From contig JBHGNT010000004.1 of assembly GCA_043228905.1 (NCBI GenBank), positions 8,494,001 to 8,558,000 on the forward strand: 64,000 nt of DNA. The letters run 5' to 3'. Shown here piece by piece: positions 52,301-64,000 of the stretch (the first letter of the stretch is position 1; every line of letters starts with the position of its first letter). Both the position numbers and the translations under genes were made by a program. Under the pieces are notes generated by a model. The model did not search any database and was not told where the DNA came from. It saw only the letters and a program-made list of their open reading frames with translations. Origin of the DNA: Azolla caroliniana. Lineage: Eukaryota > Plantae > Polypodiophyta.

Positions 52301-54617
52301 AATTAAGTCGGATTAATCGTTGATTCTTATCCTCTTGCCGTAACACCCCTTTGGTGAAGTGTCTTCCGTAGACACCTTGTGTTAGGCCATTGTCCGGCCC
52401 TAAGAGTTAACACAGTTTTTGGCGACCACGATTCCTGTTTTTGCAGCGAACGACGACACGAATGGATGACTAGATCAACGCACGACCTGGTTACAGATCG
52501 AACTCGATGCCTTGCTGAAAGGCAAAGGAGACGTGAGGCTTTCCAGCAAGCGGCGCAGGAAATTAGAGCGGATCGCTCGTTTTCCAACGTAATCCGGAGA
52601 GTAGCAGAGGAGTCCCTCTCGTTACAGCAAACATTGCACCCGGACGATGGTAGTAGCCTAAGCAGCCTCTGGGAAACCGAATCCCTTCTCCAGGCGTTGG
52701 CAAGCGGAGAAGGCGAAGCAGAAGCCTTTTCAACGTATGAATCGAATTCCGAAGGGGAATACAGCGTGCACACAAACTACCGTAGCAGCAACGAAACCCC
52801 AGGCGGACCGGAGGACGAAGGATCAGACACCTTACCGACACCGGAACTGGAATTGCTAAGGCTGGAACCTCTGGAACCAGCAGAGGAAGAGCGACCTTCG
52901 ACACCGGAAGTCGAGGAGGAGAGGCCTCCGTCACCAAAAGAAGAGGAAAGACCACCGACGCCGGAGAAAAACCAGGAACGACCACCAACACCGCCAGCCC
53001 GCGCACCGATACCGAACGACGACATGCCGTTCCAGTACTCCAAGTATAGAGATGATCCGGACGCGGAAGCTCATGTTCACGCCTTTGAACAGACATGGGA
53101 AGCAAATCATGTGTCCCAGCGATTGACCCCGGAAGAAGAGGAACACTCTAAGATAACAGAATTTGGCGTCACATTGGAGGGACCGGTAGCGAGATGGCGC
53201 CGGACGCAGGACCCGTCTACCATCACCACCTTCGCAGATTTAAAAGCTAAATTCTTGCATTTTTTCCAAAAGGTGGTGGACCAGACAGTAATGGTGGGCT
53301 TATTTTATACCATCTGACAGGAGGCAGGGGAGAGCATTCCCCAGTTTGTCATCCAGTTTCAACGGATGCATAGTTAGCTTGCCCGCGCACCCCCGGAGGA
53401 GGAATTACGGACTATATTCCTAAATGCGCTCCGGGAACCCCTACGCACGGTTTGCACGGTAATTGACTTCCGCACAAGTACCATCGATCAGGTCATTGAC
53501 CGGGTGAGAGAGATGGAAAAGACAAGCTCCGGAACCACAGACAAAACGCTTGATTGACGAAAGCTCCGTAAGATGGTGGACAAAGTGGACACAAAATGCG
53601 GCGGAACTCCAATTGCTACGGGCAGACGTGGCAAACCGGCGGAAGGAAGGAGATGATTGTTACACGTTGACTTCCGAGGACTTCACCGCCATACGGGACG
53701 AGCTGGCCGACGACTTCCAAGTCCTAGCGGATGAACAGCTGGCGCAGGTCCGGCAACTCGTAGCTCAGTTAGACGATGATAGGCTGGACACTCAAATCCA
53801 GTTTGAAAGCTACGAGCGGTCCCGGATTCGGGAAGAAAAAGCACGGGAAGCGGCAACGGTTAACCTTAGTGATGAGGAACCGTCGCCGGCCGAGGGCCAA
53901 CCCGGAACCAGTTAACCGGAGAACACTACGACGGAGGGAGCAATGACGGAGACGCCAGTGTCAGAGCAATGAACGGAGGAGCAGGCGCAGCAGCCACCAA
54001 AGGACCAGTCGCAACAGCCATCAACGGAGCAGCAACAGCAGTAGCAACAACCACAACAACAACAACAACCAATTCCGGATGAACCATTGGAGACTCTTGA
54101 ACAAAGCATTCTGGATATTTTGGACGAAGAATAGCAAGGGTCGGATGTGGATTCGACGTACAAGGTACTGTCCCACGGGCGTGCCATGTGTTACCGGCCT
54201 GCAAAGGAGTCCAGAGTGTGAAACGGGGAGTTATTTAATTATTAGGAATGGTTGTAAGTAAGTTATGAGTGTGGACGGACGGACCGGAATCGGTATGCCG
54301 TTCCGGATCCAGACCGATCCCGAACAGGTGCGGATGGCACCGTTTTGTACGACAGACCGGAAACCTATTTAAAGGCCCGGATACAATGTAATGAGAAGCG
54401 GTTAATTAAGTAGCCTAATTAAGTCGGATTAATCGTTGATTCTAATCCTCTTGCCGTAACACCCCTTTGGTGAAGTGTCTTCCGTAGACACCTTGTGTTA
54501 GGCCATTGTCCGGCCCTAAGAGTTAACAACCATGTTATGCGTACCGAGTTTACGCACCTAGTCTACGCACTAGTTACGCATCGTTTTACACACAAATGTT
54601 GAGCTTGTCTCTCAACA
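46381..54617 (-). mobile_element. Full-length Ty1/Copia element C with both LTRs and TSD GAGAT
   Basis: TSD gagat at 46376-46380 and 54618-54622. 3' LTR 46381-46787, PPT next to 46788. 5' LTR 51657-54617 split by element D, PBS at 51645-51656. gag, PR (WYVDSGAS), INT, RT and RH ORFs with a few stops/frameshifts. Confidence 0.95.
51980..54528 (+). mobile_element. Non-autonomous gag-only Gypsy-like LTR element D (TR-GAG-like), TSD ACCAT
   Basis: LTRs 51980-52412 and 54189-54528 (tgttac...ttaaca). TSD accat at 51975-51979 and 54529-54533. PBS-like tggcgacc at 52420. Retrotrans_gag-like FGVTLEGPVARW..TFADLKAKFL. No PR/RT/INT motifs. Confidence 0.88.
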
Positions 54618-57522
54618 GAGATGAGTCTAAGGAAGTTTGATGGATCAAACTTCAACTTCTGGAAGGACTAGATGCAAGACTATCTTAATAGTTAAGGGGC
54701 AAATCAACCCCTTCGAAACTGAAAATGCTCCGGAAGGATACAAGCCAAATGAATGGCAGAAGCTGGACAGAATTGTCCGCGCCACAATTCAGGTGCACTT
54801 GTCGGAGTCAGTGTACTTCATAATACAATCGTGTTCTACCACTTTTCCACTATGGAAAACATTGTCATATACTTATGAGAAGAAAGTCGCCGCCACAAAG
54901 ATATATTTGATTCGGTGCGTCTACAACCTGCGGATGAAAGAATCCGACTCGGTCTAGGCACACCTAAATGAGTACGAAAGTTTAAGCTCCCAGATTTTGG
55001 CTCAGGGATGACAATAGAAGATGAACTGAGAGCAATGTTGCTCATGAGTAGTCTCCCCCTTCGTGGGAAACTTTCGTCACAACAGTGTGCAATGCTTCTA
55101 CCGCTACTGTGAAGTACTTCGAAGTTACAAGCACAATACTGACTGAAGTAGCTCGCAGGAAATCTTTTGCAAAAGATTCGACAGATGAAGCTTATGTAGT
55201 ACAAGGTTCAGCCGACTGACCGAACAATGGATGAAGAAGTTCTTTTTGACAGCCGAACAATAAGCCAAGTCGGAGCAAGTCTTGAGACAATCGAATTTGC
55301 AATTATTGCAAGAAACCTGGGGACATCAAAGTCGATTGCTATGCACTCAAAGCTAAGAACGATAAAGCTCAAGGAGCTGATCAAAAGAGTGGCCGACATG
55401 AGGAGGTCAATTACATTGGCTCCTTAGCCGAATTATTGTCGAATGACCCGAACATAGTATCCATTGAAAACCTAGTCGAATAAGAAGTTCTACCTAAGAT
55501 TGAGGAATCGAGTAGATGGCTCTTGGATTCGGGTGCATCCTACCATGTGACCCCCTTCGGCAATATTCGGCCTGACACTCTGACTCAGTACGAGTCCGAA
55601 ATTCGCAGCACTGCGCTATCATCGGAATCGACATCGTAGAATTCAACCTCCCAGGAGGTTCTACATTAATACTACACAACACCCGACATGTACTTGAGCT
55701 CTCAAGACGTTTGATCTCAGTCAGACAATTGGACGAAGATGGCATCTGTGCCAGCTTCTCATTAGGAGGGTGGACACTCCACAGGAGGAACCTCCTGCTT
55801 GCTCGAAGACCGAAAGTACATTCTCTGTACTCGTTATATGTCACACTTAGAGATGGTGACCTAATCCTAGTTGATATTCCTGTGTCATCATTATGGCATG
55901 GACGACTCAGACACCTAAGCAAGGCCGACATCATGCATTTATCCTAAGCCGGATATATCCCCAAAATCTCCTTCTCGGATCACCAGTTATGTGAGCATTG
56001 TCAGTATGGCAAGCAAGCTGTAACCTCACACCCGAAGACATCATCAAGAGAATCAAGTCCACTTGATATAGTCCATTCCGACGTCGGTGGCCTGATGCCA
56101 CATCAGTCCCTTGGTGGCACCTCCTACTTCGTTAGTTTCATTGGCGACTCGACCAAGAAAGTGTGGGCTTATCCAGCAGGAACCAAAGATTGAGTGTTCT
56201 CGATCTTGCAGGAATGGCTTGCCACGGTAGAAAACTAGTCCAGTCGAAAGCTGAAATGCGTTCGAACTGACAATAGGGGAGAGTTTAAGTCTGAAGAATT
56301 CGTCAAATTTTGCCGATAGCGCGACATTTGACGTGAATATATGACACCCAATAGGCCGGGGCAGAACGAATGAATCATACAATTCAGGAACGCGTAGTGT
56401 CCATGTTCCAACACTCCGAACCGACGGATGGTTTTTGGGCAAAGGCCCTACTTACGTCAATACACATAATCAATATCTCTCCAAGTAGGCCTTTTGGACT
56501 TGGAATGCCTCGGGAATTATGGACTGGCAGTAAACCGAATTAGAATAAGTTGAGGATTTTCGGGTGCGAGGCATACGCCCTCATACCGAAAGAAGATTAC
56601 TGGAAACTTGAACCACAATCCAAGATATGCATTTTTCTCAGTTATGGACCAAACCGTGAGTTCAGATACCGACTCTTGGACCCCGAGCATAGACAGATCG
56701 TTCAATGTTCGGACGTAGTGTTCAATGAGTCGGCTATGCATAAGATGGCCGAAAGGTCTATTGAAGTCCGAAAGGTAACTTTCTTAGATGTGCCAGCCCT
56801 TCATGATGTCCCAACCTATAACATGAGGTTGGCTTCACGGGTAACTGAATCCTCTCGAACCGATTCGGAAACGTCCAACTCGGCACAACCGAATGATTTG
56901 GCTTTGGACCATCTGACTCTAACACTCGATGCGACTAGCCTAGTCATACCTCGAAGATTCAAGAGACTGGTGCAACCCCCGGAGAGGTATTCTCCTAGAA
57001 TCTTCTTTACAGATGCCGGAGAATCAATGTCATACGAAGAAGCATCGGTATTAGCCGATTTGACCACATGGCATTTGGCAATGGAGTCGGAAATGAACTC
57101 CATTTGGTCAAACAAGACTTGGGACTTGGTCGAATTACTGAAGAATCGACGTGGTCTTCCATGCAAGTGGGTTTATAGATTAAAAGAGACGTCCGATTCG
57201 GCCACCCTAAAAATCAAGGCCAAACTACTAGTAAAGGGTTTTCAACAAAAATATAACGTCGACTTCGACGAGATCTTTTCACTAGTGGTGAAAATGATGA
57301 CCTTTTCGCTTTATGCTCAACGTAGTGGCAACCGAGAATTTGGAGCTGATTCAGCTAGATGTTAAAACAACTTTCCTCTATGGTGACCTTGAGGACTAAA
57401 TTTATTTGGAGCACCCGAAAGGCTTTGTGATATCTGGCCAGGAACAACTAGTTTGCCGACTCAAGAAGAGTCTTTACGGCCTGAAATAGGCACTGCGATA
57501 GTGGTATAAGAAGTTCAAGGAC

Positions 57523-57966
57523 TTCATCCAATTGGTCGGCTTCTCAAAGAGTGATGATGACCATTGTCTCTTCACCAAAAAAACTCAAGATGGGTCTCCC
57601 ATCTTCCCCACCATCTATGTGGATGACATGGTACTCTCTGGTCGTCATACCGGAGAACTCGCCGAACTTGTTCGGCAACTACGGTTGAAGTTTTCCATGA
57701 AGGACCTCGGTCCGGCAAGACACATTCTTGGGATGAAGATTAGTTGGTTTCATCCAATCAGTTGGCTTCTCCAAGAGTGATGAGGACCACTGTATCTTCA
57801 CCAAAACAACTTGAGATGGGTCTCCCATCTTCCTCATCATCTACGTGGATAACGTGCTACTCTCCGGTCTTCATACCGGAGAACTCGCCGAACTTGTTCG
57901 GCAACTACGGTTGAAGTTTGCCATGAAGGACCTTGGTCCGGCAAGACACATTCTCGGGATGAAGAT
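57523..57966. repeat. Internal duplication of about 220 bp of RT in Copia B
   Basis: YVD..LSG.HTGELAELVRQLRLKF.MKDLGPARHILGMKI occurs twice (ORFs 57532 and 57845). Confidence 0.88.
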
Positions 57967-60900
57967 AAATCGGAATTGGAATCGACGACAACTAATTTTG
58001 TCTCAATCTGACTATATTAGACGTGTCTTAGAATTCTTCAACATGCATTCAACCAAATCTGCTTCGACCCCGCTTCCCATTAATCTTCGGCTATCTCAGC
58101 GAGACTGCCCAACATCCAGTCTAGAGGGGGAAGTTATGAAGTCCGTACCGTATGCACCAACAGTCGGCTACTTGATGTAAGTGATGGTCGTGACAAGACT
58201 TGACATCGCTCACGCCGTCAGAATCGTCAGCAGATTTATGCACAATTGCGACCGATCGCATTGGAATGTAGTTAAGCATGTGTTTAAATACCTTGTGGGC
58301 ACAAAAGACTATGACATCCTATTCGGCCCGAATGACACGTCAGGCGTAGTCAGTTATACCGACTCAGATTTTGCCGGTTGTGTGGACAGTCGAAAGTCAA
58401 CAACTGGATATTGCTTCAAATTCGGCAATGGAGCAATCTCGTGGAAATCGAAACTGTAGGAGTGCATTGCCACATGAACAACCGAGGCCGAATACGTAGC
58501 TGTGTCCGATGCGGGGAAGGAGGCTTTATGGCTCAGTTGGCTGGCACGCACGGTTCGACAAGTCGACTCTGACTTGGCTCCAGTTGTCTATTGTGACAAT
58601 CATGGTGTTGTTGCTCTATCGAAAAATCTGGTTCATCACAACGTCTCCAAGCATATTGACGTTCGATATAACTTTGTTTGGGACTTTGTCATTTTAGGGA
58701 AGATCAACCTCGAAAAGATACCTACAACCGATAATGTCACAAATGGGATGACCGCTTTCCGAGAATAGTATTCGGCGACTCTCTGATGCAAGTCGAGAAA
58801 CTTGTTGGATTTGCTAATCTTTGTGCGGATTGGTAATGATGAGATTAGCCCCAAATTATTCATTGCGGAATTACCCGTTGTTGTGGAGAAAACCGCCCCT
58901 AGGAGGAATCAGGGAAATATGCGCAAGAATTGGCCCGTATGTGTGGGCACGCTATTTAATAACTTGTACATACTTAGGAGCAATTTGGTTGATGTAAAGA
59001 TACTAGGTAGTACACATTTATTGTTTAGGAAATCGTAGTGTATCTTTGTCCGAGGTGACAGGGAATAAAGATGATGTAACCAGGGTATAACGGTCTGTCC
59101 CTGGGGGCCTATAAAAGGGAGAGGAGAAGGCTGAGAGGGGATCGTGTTTTGGGCAAGGACGAGGTGCTGTCGGACTGGGAACCGAGCTCTCTCCTCTTTC
59201 GTTGTGCTCTGCAGGGTTTTGCGTTGGTTGCCTCTGCTTCGAGGAAAGCCGTGTGCCTTCCGACAAAGCTCTACTGTGTGTGTGTGTGGGTGTGTGTGAT
59301 TGTCTGGGTTGGGTTTGTCGCCGGCTAGCCGGTTGTAATCTTGCAAACACTGTAATCATTATTGATATAGTAATTGAATCTCCTGTCTTTCATCTATTTG
59401 TGTTCCTATGAGTCTCCCTTTTCTTTTCCTTTCCACGAGCGTGCTTCTTGTTCAGTCGGTATACGCATTGGCAGTTCATTTGGCCGGCAAACGTAGACGG
59501 TTGCGACAGGCCTAACAGGCCCTACGCTTGCGTGCTTCCCCCTTCCTCTTCTTTCTCTTGCTCGGTTCAGGGCCCCTGCGGTTCCGCCTTATTTCGCACG
59601 CGAAAGTGAAACAACACGACATAATTTGGTGAACCCAACGTGAAAAAGGCGGTAGAGGAGTCGAAGTTGAGGGGATCAGAGCTCATTGAAGCCATGGTGG
59701 CATCAGTCGATCGGATAGTAAGTGCTTGCGAGGGCACGGGCACCCTCGACAGGGCCATTGAAGTGATTGTCGGCACAATAGGCTGGTTCGATGGGAAGGA
59801 CGCCACGAGTTATTTGGTGGCCTACCGAGCCGAAATGGTGATGAGGGACATCTCGGAGGAAAGGCGTTTGGCTGGGTTCCCTCGGGTGGCGACACTGGGC
59901 ATCCACGCAGAGGTGCTCGAGGTGTGGGTTGGATGCCAGACCTGGGGAGAATTTGAAGCGCGGCTCCTCGAAAGGTACGGCTTCATGATGCTCTTCGGTT
60001 ATCGAAACGGGACTTCATGGAGTGGGTGGAGATCCCCGGAAAGGGGAGGAACGCGTCGGCGCTCCTCCGGGAGTTTGAAGAACGCTTCGCACAGCTCTTG
60101 ACACTAGACAGGACCACGCTAGACACGAGCCATGTCCTGTTGTTCGCCAAAGCGGTGGACATGCGGGATCGGGATCAAGTGGGTCTCCTACTGGAGACAG
60201 ATGATGGGTTGACGACCGACTGGGCCATCGTCAAAGGAGTTTGCAGCCGTTTCGACAAGCGGCATGAGTGGGGCGACGAGGGATCGTCGGCGGTGAGACC
60301 CGTCCCAGCAAGGAAGTTCGATGAACCTTCGCCGACACGAAAAGAGGAATCCCGGGATTGGCTCGAGACGGGCTCAACATTGACCGGCGCGGTCAAGGGA
60401 CCATCTGGAGGAGCGGCTCTTGAGGAGCTAACACAAATGGTGCATGACCTGCAGATCGCGCAAGCCTGGAGAGACAGTGGAGGGCAGCCACGCGACCGAA
60501 GGCCACCGACTGAACAATGGTGTATGTGGTGCGACGCGGTCGGACACAATCGGCGAGATTGCGTGGAGTTTGCCGAAGCCCTCAGGGGTAATGTGGTGTA
60601 CCTGTGGAATAGATGGGTGCACGCTGGTGATACCAGGCGAGTCGTGGAGACAAATTTCGGGCGCGGCGGAATGAAGCGGCTAATGGAAGAAGTGGAGGCG
60701 CGCCATGTAGAGGCCGTCCATTATTCGGCATCGGCCAGAATCCGGGTAGGAGGTAACGAAGACCGGAAAACGAAAGACTCTAGCTTCTGGCCCTTGGTGC
60801 TAGAAGGCCTCTCCGGCGCACGACTGAAGAAGGAAGAAGCAGACTGTGCGGAGGAGCGGGTTCGGGAGGTCACTGGATGGGACGATCCGGTTGAGGAGAA

Positions 60901-61851
60901 GACCGGTTTCGTGGAAGCCGCGTGCCAGAACTACGAGGTTCTAGTAGAAGACAACCGTGCGGGAAAGGCCGGAGGTGTCGGGCCCTCACAACGGTACGAG
61001 ACCCGGTTCGGGTAGAAGCAAAACGATGCTAGTAACCCCGGCGCACCGGACAAAACAAAGCGGGCTGGTTACTGGCTAAGCACGGAAATTGAGAGGTCAA
61101 CGAATCTGCGGAAGGTCCTCGAAGAGCGGATCCTCGACAAAAAGGTGGAGTTGTCACTGAGGGAGGTGGTCGGAATCACCAAGAAGGAGTTCCACGATTC
61201 TATTGTGGACTTGGTGAAGCGTAAACGGCTCTCGATGGAGCTGAAACCAGAGAAGTCAGTGGAGGTGCAAACCACACACCTAGAAGATATGGCCCTGGAA
61301 GACGAGTTGGCGGAAAGCCACTATTCAAACCTGCCCTGGGCAAGAGCCACTACAGAGACCCCGGTTCGGATCAGAGATGTCTAGGAGCCAGTGGTGGCGT
61401 TGGTAGACCACGGTTTGGAGATAAACCTGATGTCGATGGACTTCTACAAGAAGGGCAAGTGGCCGATCAACACCAAGCACGAGTGGAAAATACGAGCGGC
61501 GACGTGCGCCACGGAGGAGCTACATGAGGCCTGCCCAAATGTATGGGTGAAAATTGGTGATGTCGAGATTGACCAACATTTCTTCGTGCAGGAGACATCC
61601 TCGCATCCGGTGATACTCAAAGAACTGTACATTACGGCAGCACGCATGGAGACAAAGGTGTTGGATAACGGTTCGGTGTACGTGTGCGTGAAGAGCCAAG
61701 ATGGGCGACACTCCATCCAATTTCTGAGGGTGCAACCGAACCACGAGCGCAACCGCGAGACCCTCGGCGGCGAAAGCCGAGGGGATTTTTAGAGAGGGCT
61801 ATAAAGGCATGGGGCTGTGATAGTCCGAACACCCCAGAAGCACCCCACACG

Positions 61852-63583
61852 TGTACCATAGGAAGGAAGCCTTGTACTATAGGTAGGAAATTTTGGTTCT
61901 CTGACAACGGAGGCTGTACGATAACCGGTTTCGTGATGTGGCGTGCTCGAGAGTGGGAAAAACCGGCGAAAGGGGGGTCAAAATGTGCATGTGCAATGTG
62001 TGTGCACACATAGGTGATTAATTGTGCATATGCAAAATAAAAAGCAAAAGAAAGGGTGGAAAGGAGGTATAGAAGCTCGTGCAAAAAGTAAGAGAGGGAG
62101 AGATAAAAGGTAGAGGGGAGACAGGCTATGAATTTATAGAGATAGAATTATATATTGTATAAGAGAGAGTTAGTGGGCTAGTGGATAGTCACATTGACTA
62201 CTAGTTAGAGGTGCATTGTTCAAATCTACTCTTAAAGTGTAGCGTGATTTAAGGAATTTTATTCCTTTTTCATTGAAGACAAAATTGGCGACCCCCCTTC
62301 CTTTTTTTCCTATAAAAGGAGGTCGAGGGGGGCTCATTCGGGAGGACGTTTTGGGGAGGAGGAGACTATCGCCAATTTTCCTTTGAAGCTCTTCATCTTC
62401 TTATTCACCACTTCTCTTCATCTCATACCCCTTCATCCCCCCCATCACCACGTGTTCGTCTTCTTCGCGTTGGCACTCGAAGTGCTCGTGAGCCCAAGCT
62501 TCGTTGGTTCGATGTTGCTCCGCCCCGTTCGTTGTTGTGAGCCTGTGTGCTCGTCGTTTGGGAGGTGGTGGTTCGTTGGGATTGGCATTTTGGTGGTGCT
62601 CGTGTGTTCATCTTCACCGTATTCGGATTTTCTTTTGTCTCTAAGGGCATTTAATATTTATGTTTTGATTGAGCTTGTGGTTAACTATAAGTTGCCATTT
62701 TAAACAAAACCCTATTTTATAAAGGGTCCTCTTGCATTGGAATCGAACACATATTTATCTCTTTGGTCGATATCATTCGTGTTTCTTTCTCTCCTTCTTT
62801 CTTTATTCGTGTCTTCCTTGTATGTTTGGCCGTCTTGTGACGAGGGAGCGTTTCGGGCGTGCCCATGCACCTCTCCTCCTCATAGAGAGGTACGAGCATT
62901 TGTTCGTGTGTTTGTGTCTTCCGTGTACGTTCGGCCGTCTTGTGACGAGGGGACCGTTCGGGCTTGCCCATGCACCTCTCCTCCTCATAAAGGCGTACGA
63001 GCATTTGTGCGTGTGTTTGTGTCTTCCGTGTACGTTCGGCTGTCTTGTGACGAGGGGACCATTCGGGCTTGCCCATGCACCTCTCCTCCTCATAAAGGCG
63101 TACGAGCATTTGTGCATGTGTTTGTGTCTTTCTTGTACGTTTGGCCGTCTTGTGACGAGGGGACCGTTCGGGCTTTCCCATGCACCTCTCCTCCTCATAA
63201 AGGCATACGAGCATTTGGTGCGTGTGTTTGTGTCTTCCTTGTACGTTCGGTCGTCTCGTGACGAGGGAGCGTTCGGGCTTGCCCATGTACCCCTCCTCCT
63301 CATAAAGACGTACGGACATTCGTGTTTGTGTTATCGTCCCCTTGTGCGTTCATGTTGCGTGCTCATCTTGCTTGTACCCGTTTGGTCACTTGGCTCATGC
63401 GGTGATCTCGAAAGGTCGACGAGTCGTGATCAACGAGAGCCACCGACCTCACAAAACAAAGGGCAACGAGACCTTGCTCGGGAAGGGGTCGGGAAGTAGT
63501 ATTGTTGTAAAGCAAACCTCGGGTCTTCTCTATCCCTTGAGTACTCCCTAGTCCAAGACCCACGTGGTCCCGCCCAAGTAACA
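61852..63583. mobile_element. 1.7-kb solo LTR inserted in pol of element E
   Basis: tgtacc...gtaaca, flanks cacg/catg (4-bp TSD, one C>T). TATA-like cctataaaagg near 62310. Removal rejoins PEAPHTC-AKLRDT. Confidence 0.75.
62808..63330. repeat. 105-bp tandem repeat, about 5 copies, inside the solo LTR
   Basis: cgagcatttg at 62893, 62998, 63103 and 63208. Confidence 0.92.
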
Positions 63584-64000
63584 CATGTGCGCGAAACTTC
63601 GCGACACCGACATTAGCGACCAGGAGAAGAAACGGGCGGAGGGACGTCTTAGGGTGTGCAGAGTCCTGGGCCCCGACGATAAGATTGGTGGAGCCGTGGA
63701 GGCGGTCTCTTTCGACGACAGCTTGGGGGAATTAAATAAGGTGTTCGAAGAAGGCCTCAACGAAGACCAGATGATTCCGGTCAGTTTGGAAATGATGTAC
63801 GAAGTCATCGCAGACTTCTGGGAAAAGGTCGAGTGTGATCGGACGGCCCATGTGCATACGAAGTACAAGACTGTGGACCGGAAGGTGAGACCAATCGCGG
63901 CACCCTTGCCGGAGGGCAGTGGGTTATGAATGAAAGGGGTTGCGTTAGACCCAAGTTTACGAGATCCGGTCGGCATAGGACACCGGTTCATCGACATAAT

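Larger units (their letters stand above)
45392..58748 (+). mobile_element. Ty1/Copia element B (5' LTR 45392-45749 with (GT)n, iMet PBS), interrupted by element C and followed by element E
   Basis: PBS tggtatcagagc at 45752. Gag starts at 46353 and resumes at 54618 (..KFDGSNFNFWK). Protease WLLDSGAS, integrase, RT YVDDM, RNase H YTDSDFAG..HIDVRY. Confidence 0.85.
58749..64000 (+). mobile_element. Ty3/Gypsy element E with tRNA-Trp-type PBS (5' LTR about 58749-59621, gag-PR, start of pol); runs off the window
   Basis: PBS tggtgaacccaacgtga at 59627-59643. Gag with CMWCDAVGHNRRDC knuckle, protease ALVDHGLEINLM, pol start YKTVDRKVRPIA. LTR start approximate. Confidence 0.8.

Overview
Eukaryotic nuclear DNA from a land plant. 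Spliced genes, microsatellites and a CEP120 centriole gene point to a lineage with flagellated sperm, most likely a fern or lycophyte. Only two host genes are evident, both on the minus strand: a CEP120-like gene (20030-23853) and an LRR-XIV/At2g16250-like receptor kinase (27719-32018). The rest is mostly transposons. The key find is at 4721-14929, a 10.2-kb cut-and-paste DNA transposon with 35-bp TIRs and a 4-bp AGTG TSD. It carries a Sola-like (DUF7869-type) DDD transposase and, divergently, an intron-containing gene that fuses a ParB/Srx-like domain to a prokaryote-type beta-class amino (N6A/N4C) DNA methyltransferase (DIPY ... QKP ... DLFSGTG). It sits in a palindromic TAGCTAATTAGCTA minisatellite beside a second, different Sola-like transposase, which is paired with an FCP1/NIF-like HAD gene. 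Positions 41447-64000 are a multi-layer nest of Copia and Gypsy LTR elements, including a gag-only element, a tRNA-Trp-primed Gypsy with a putative -1 frameshift site, a solo LTR and a hAT MITE. All TE copies here are decayed. Family assignments come from motif recognition by eye, not from database searches.
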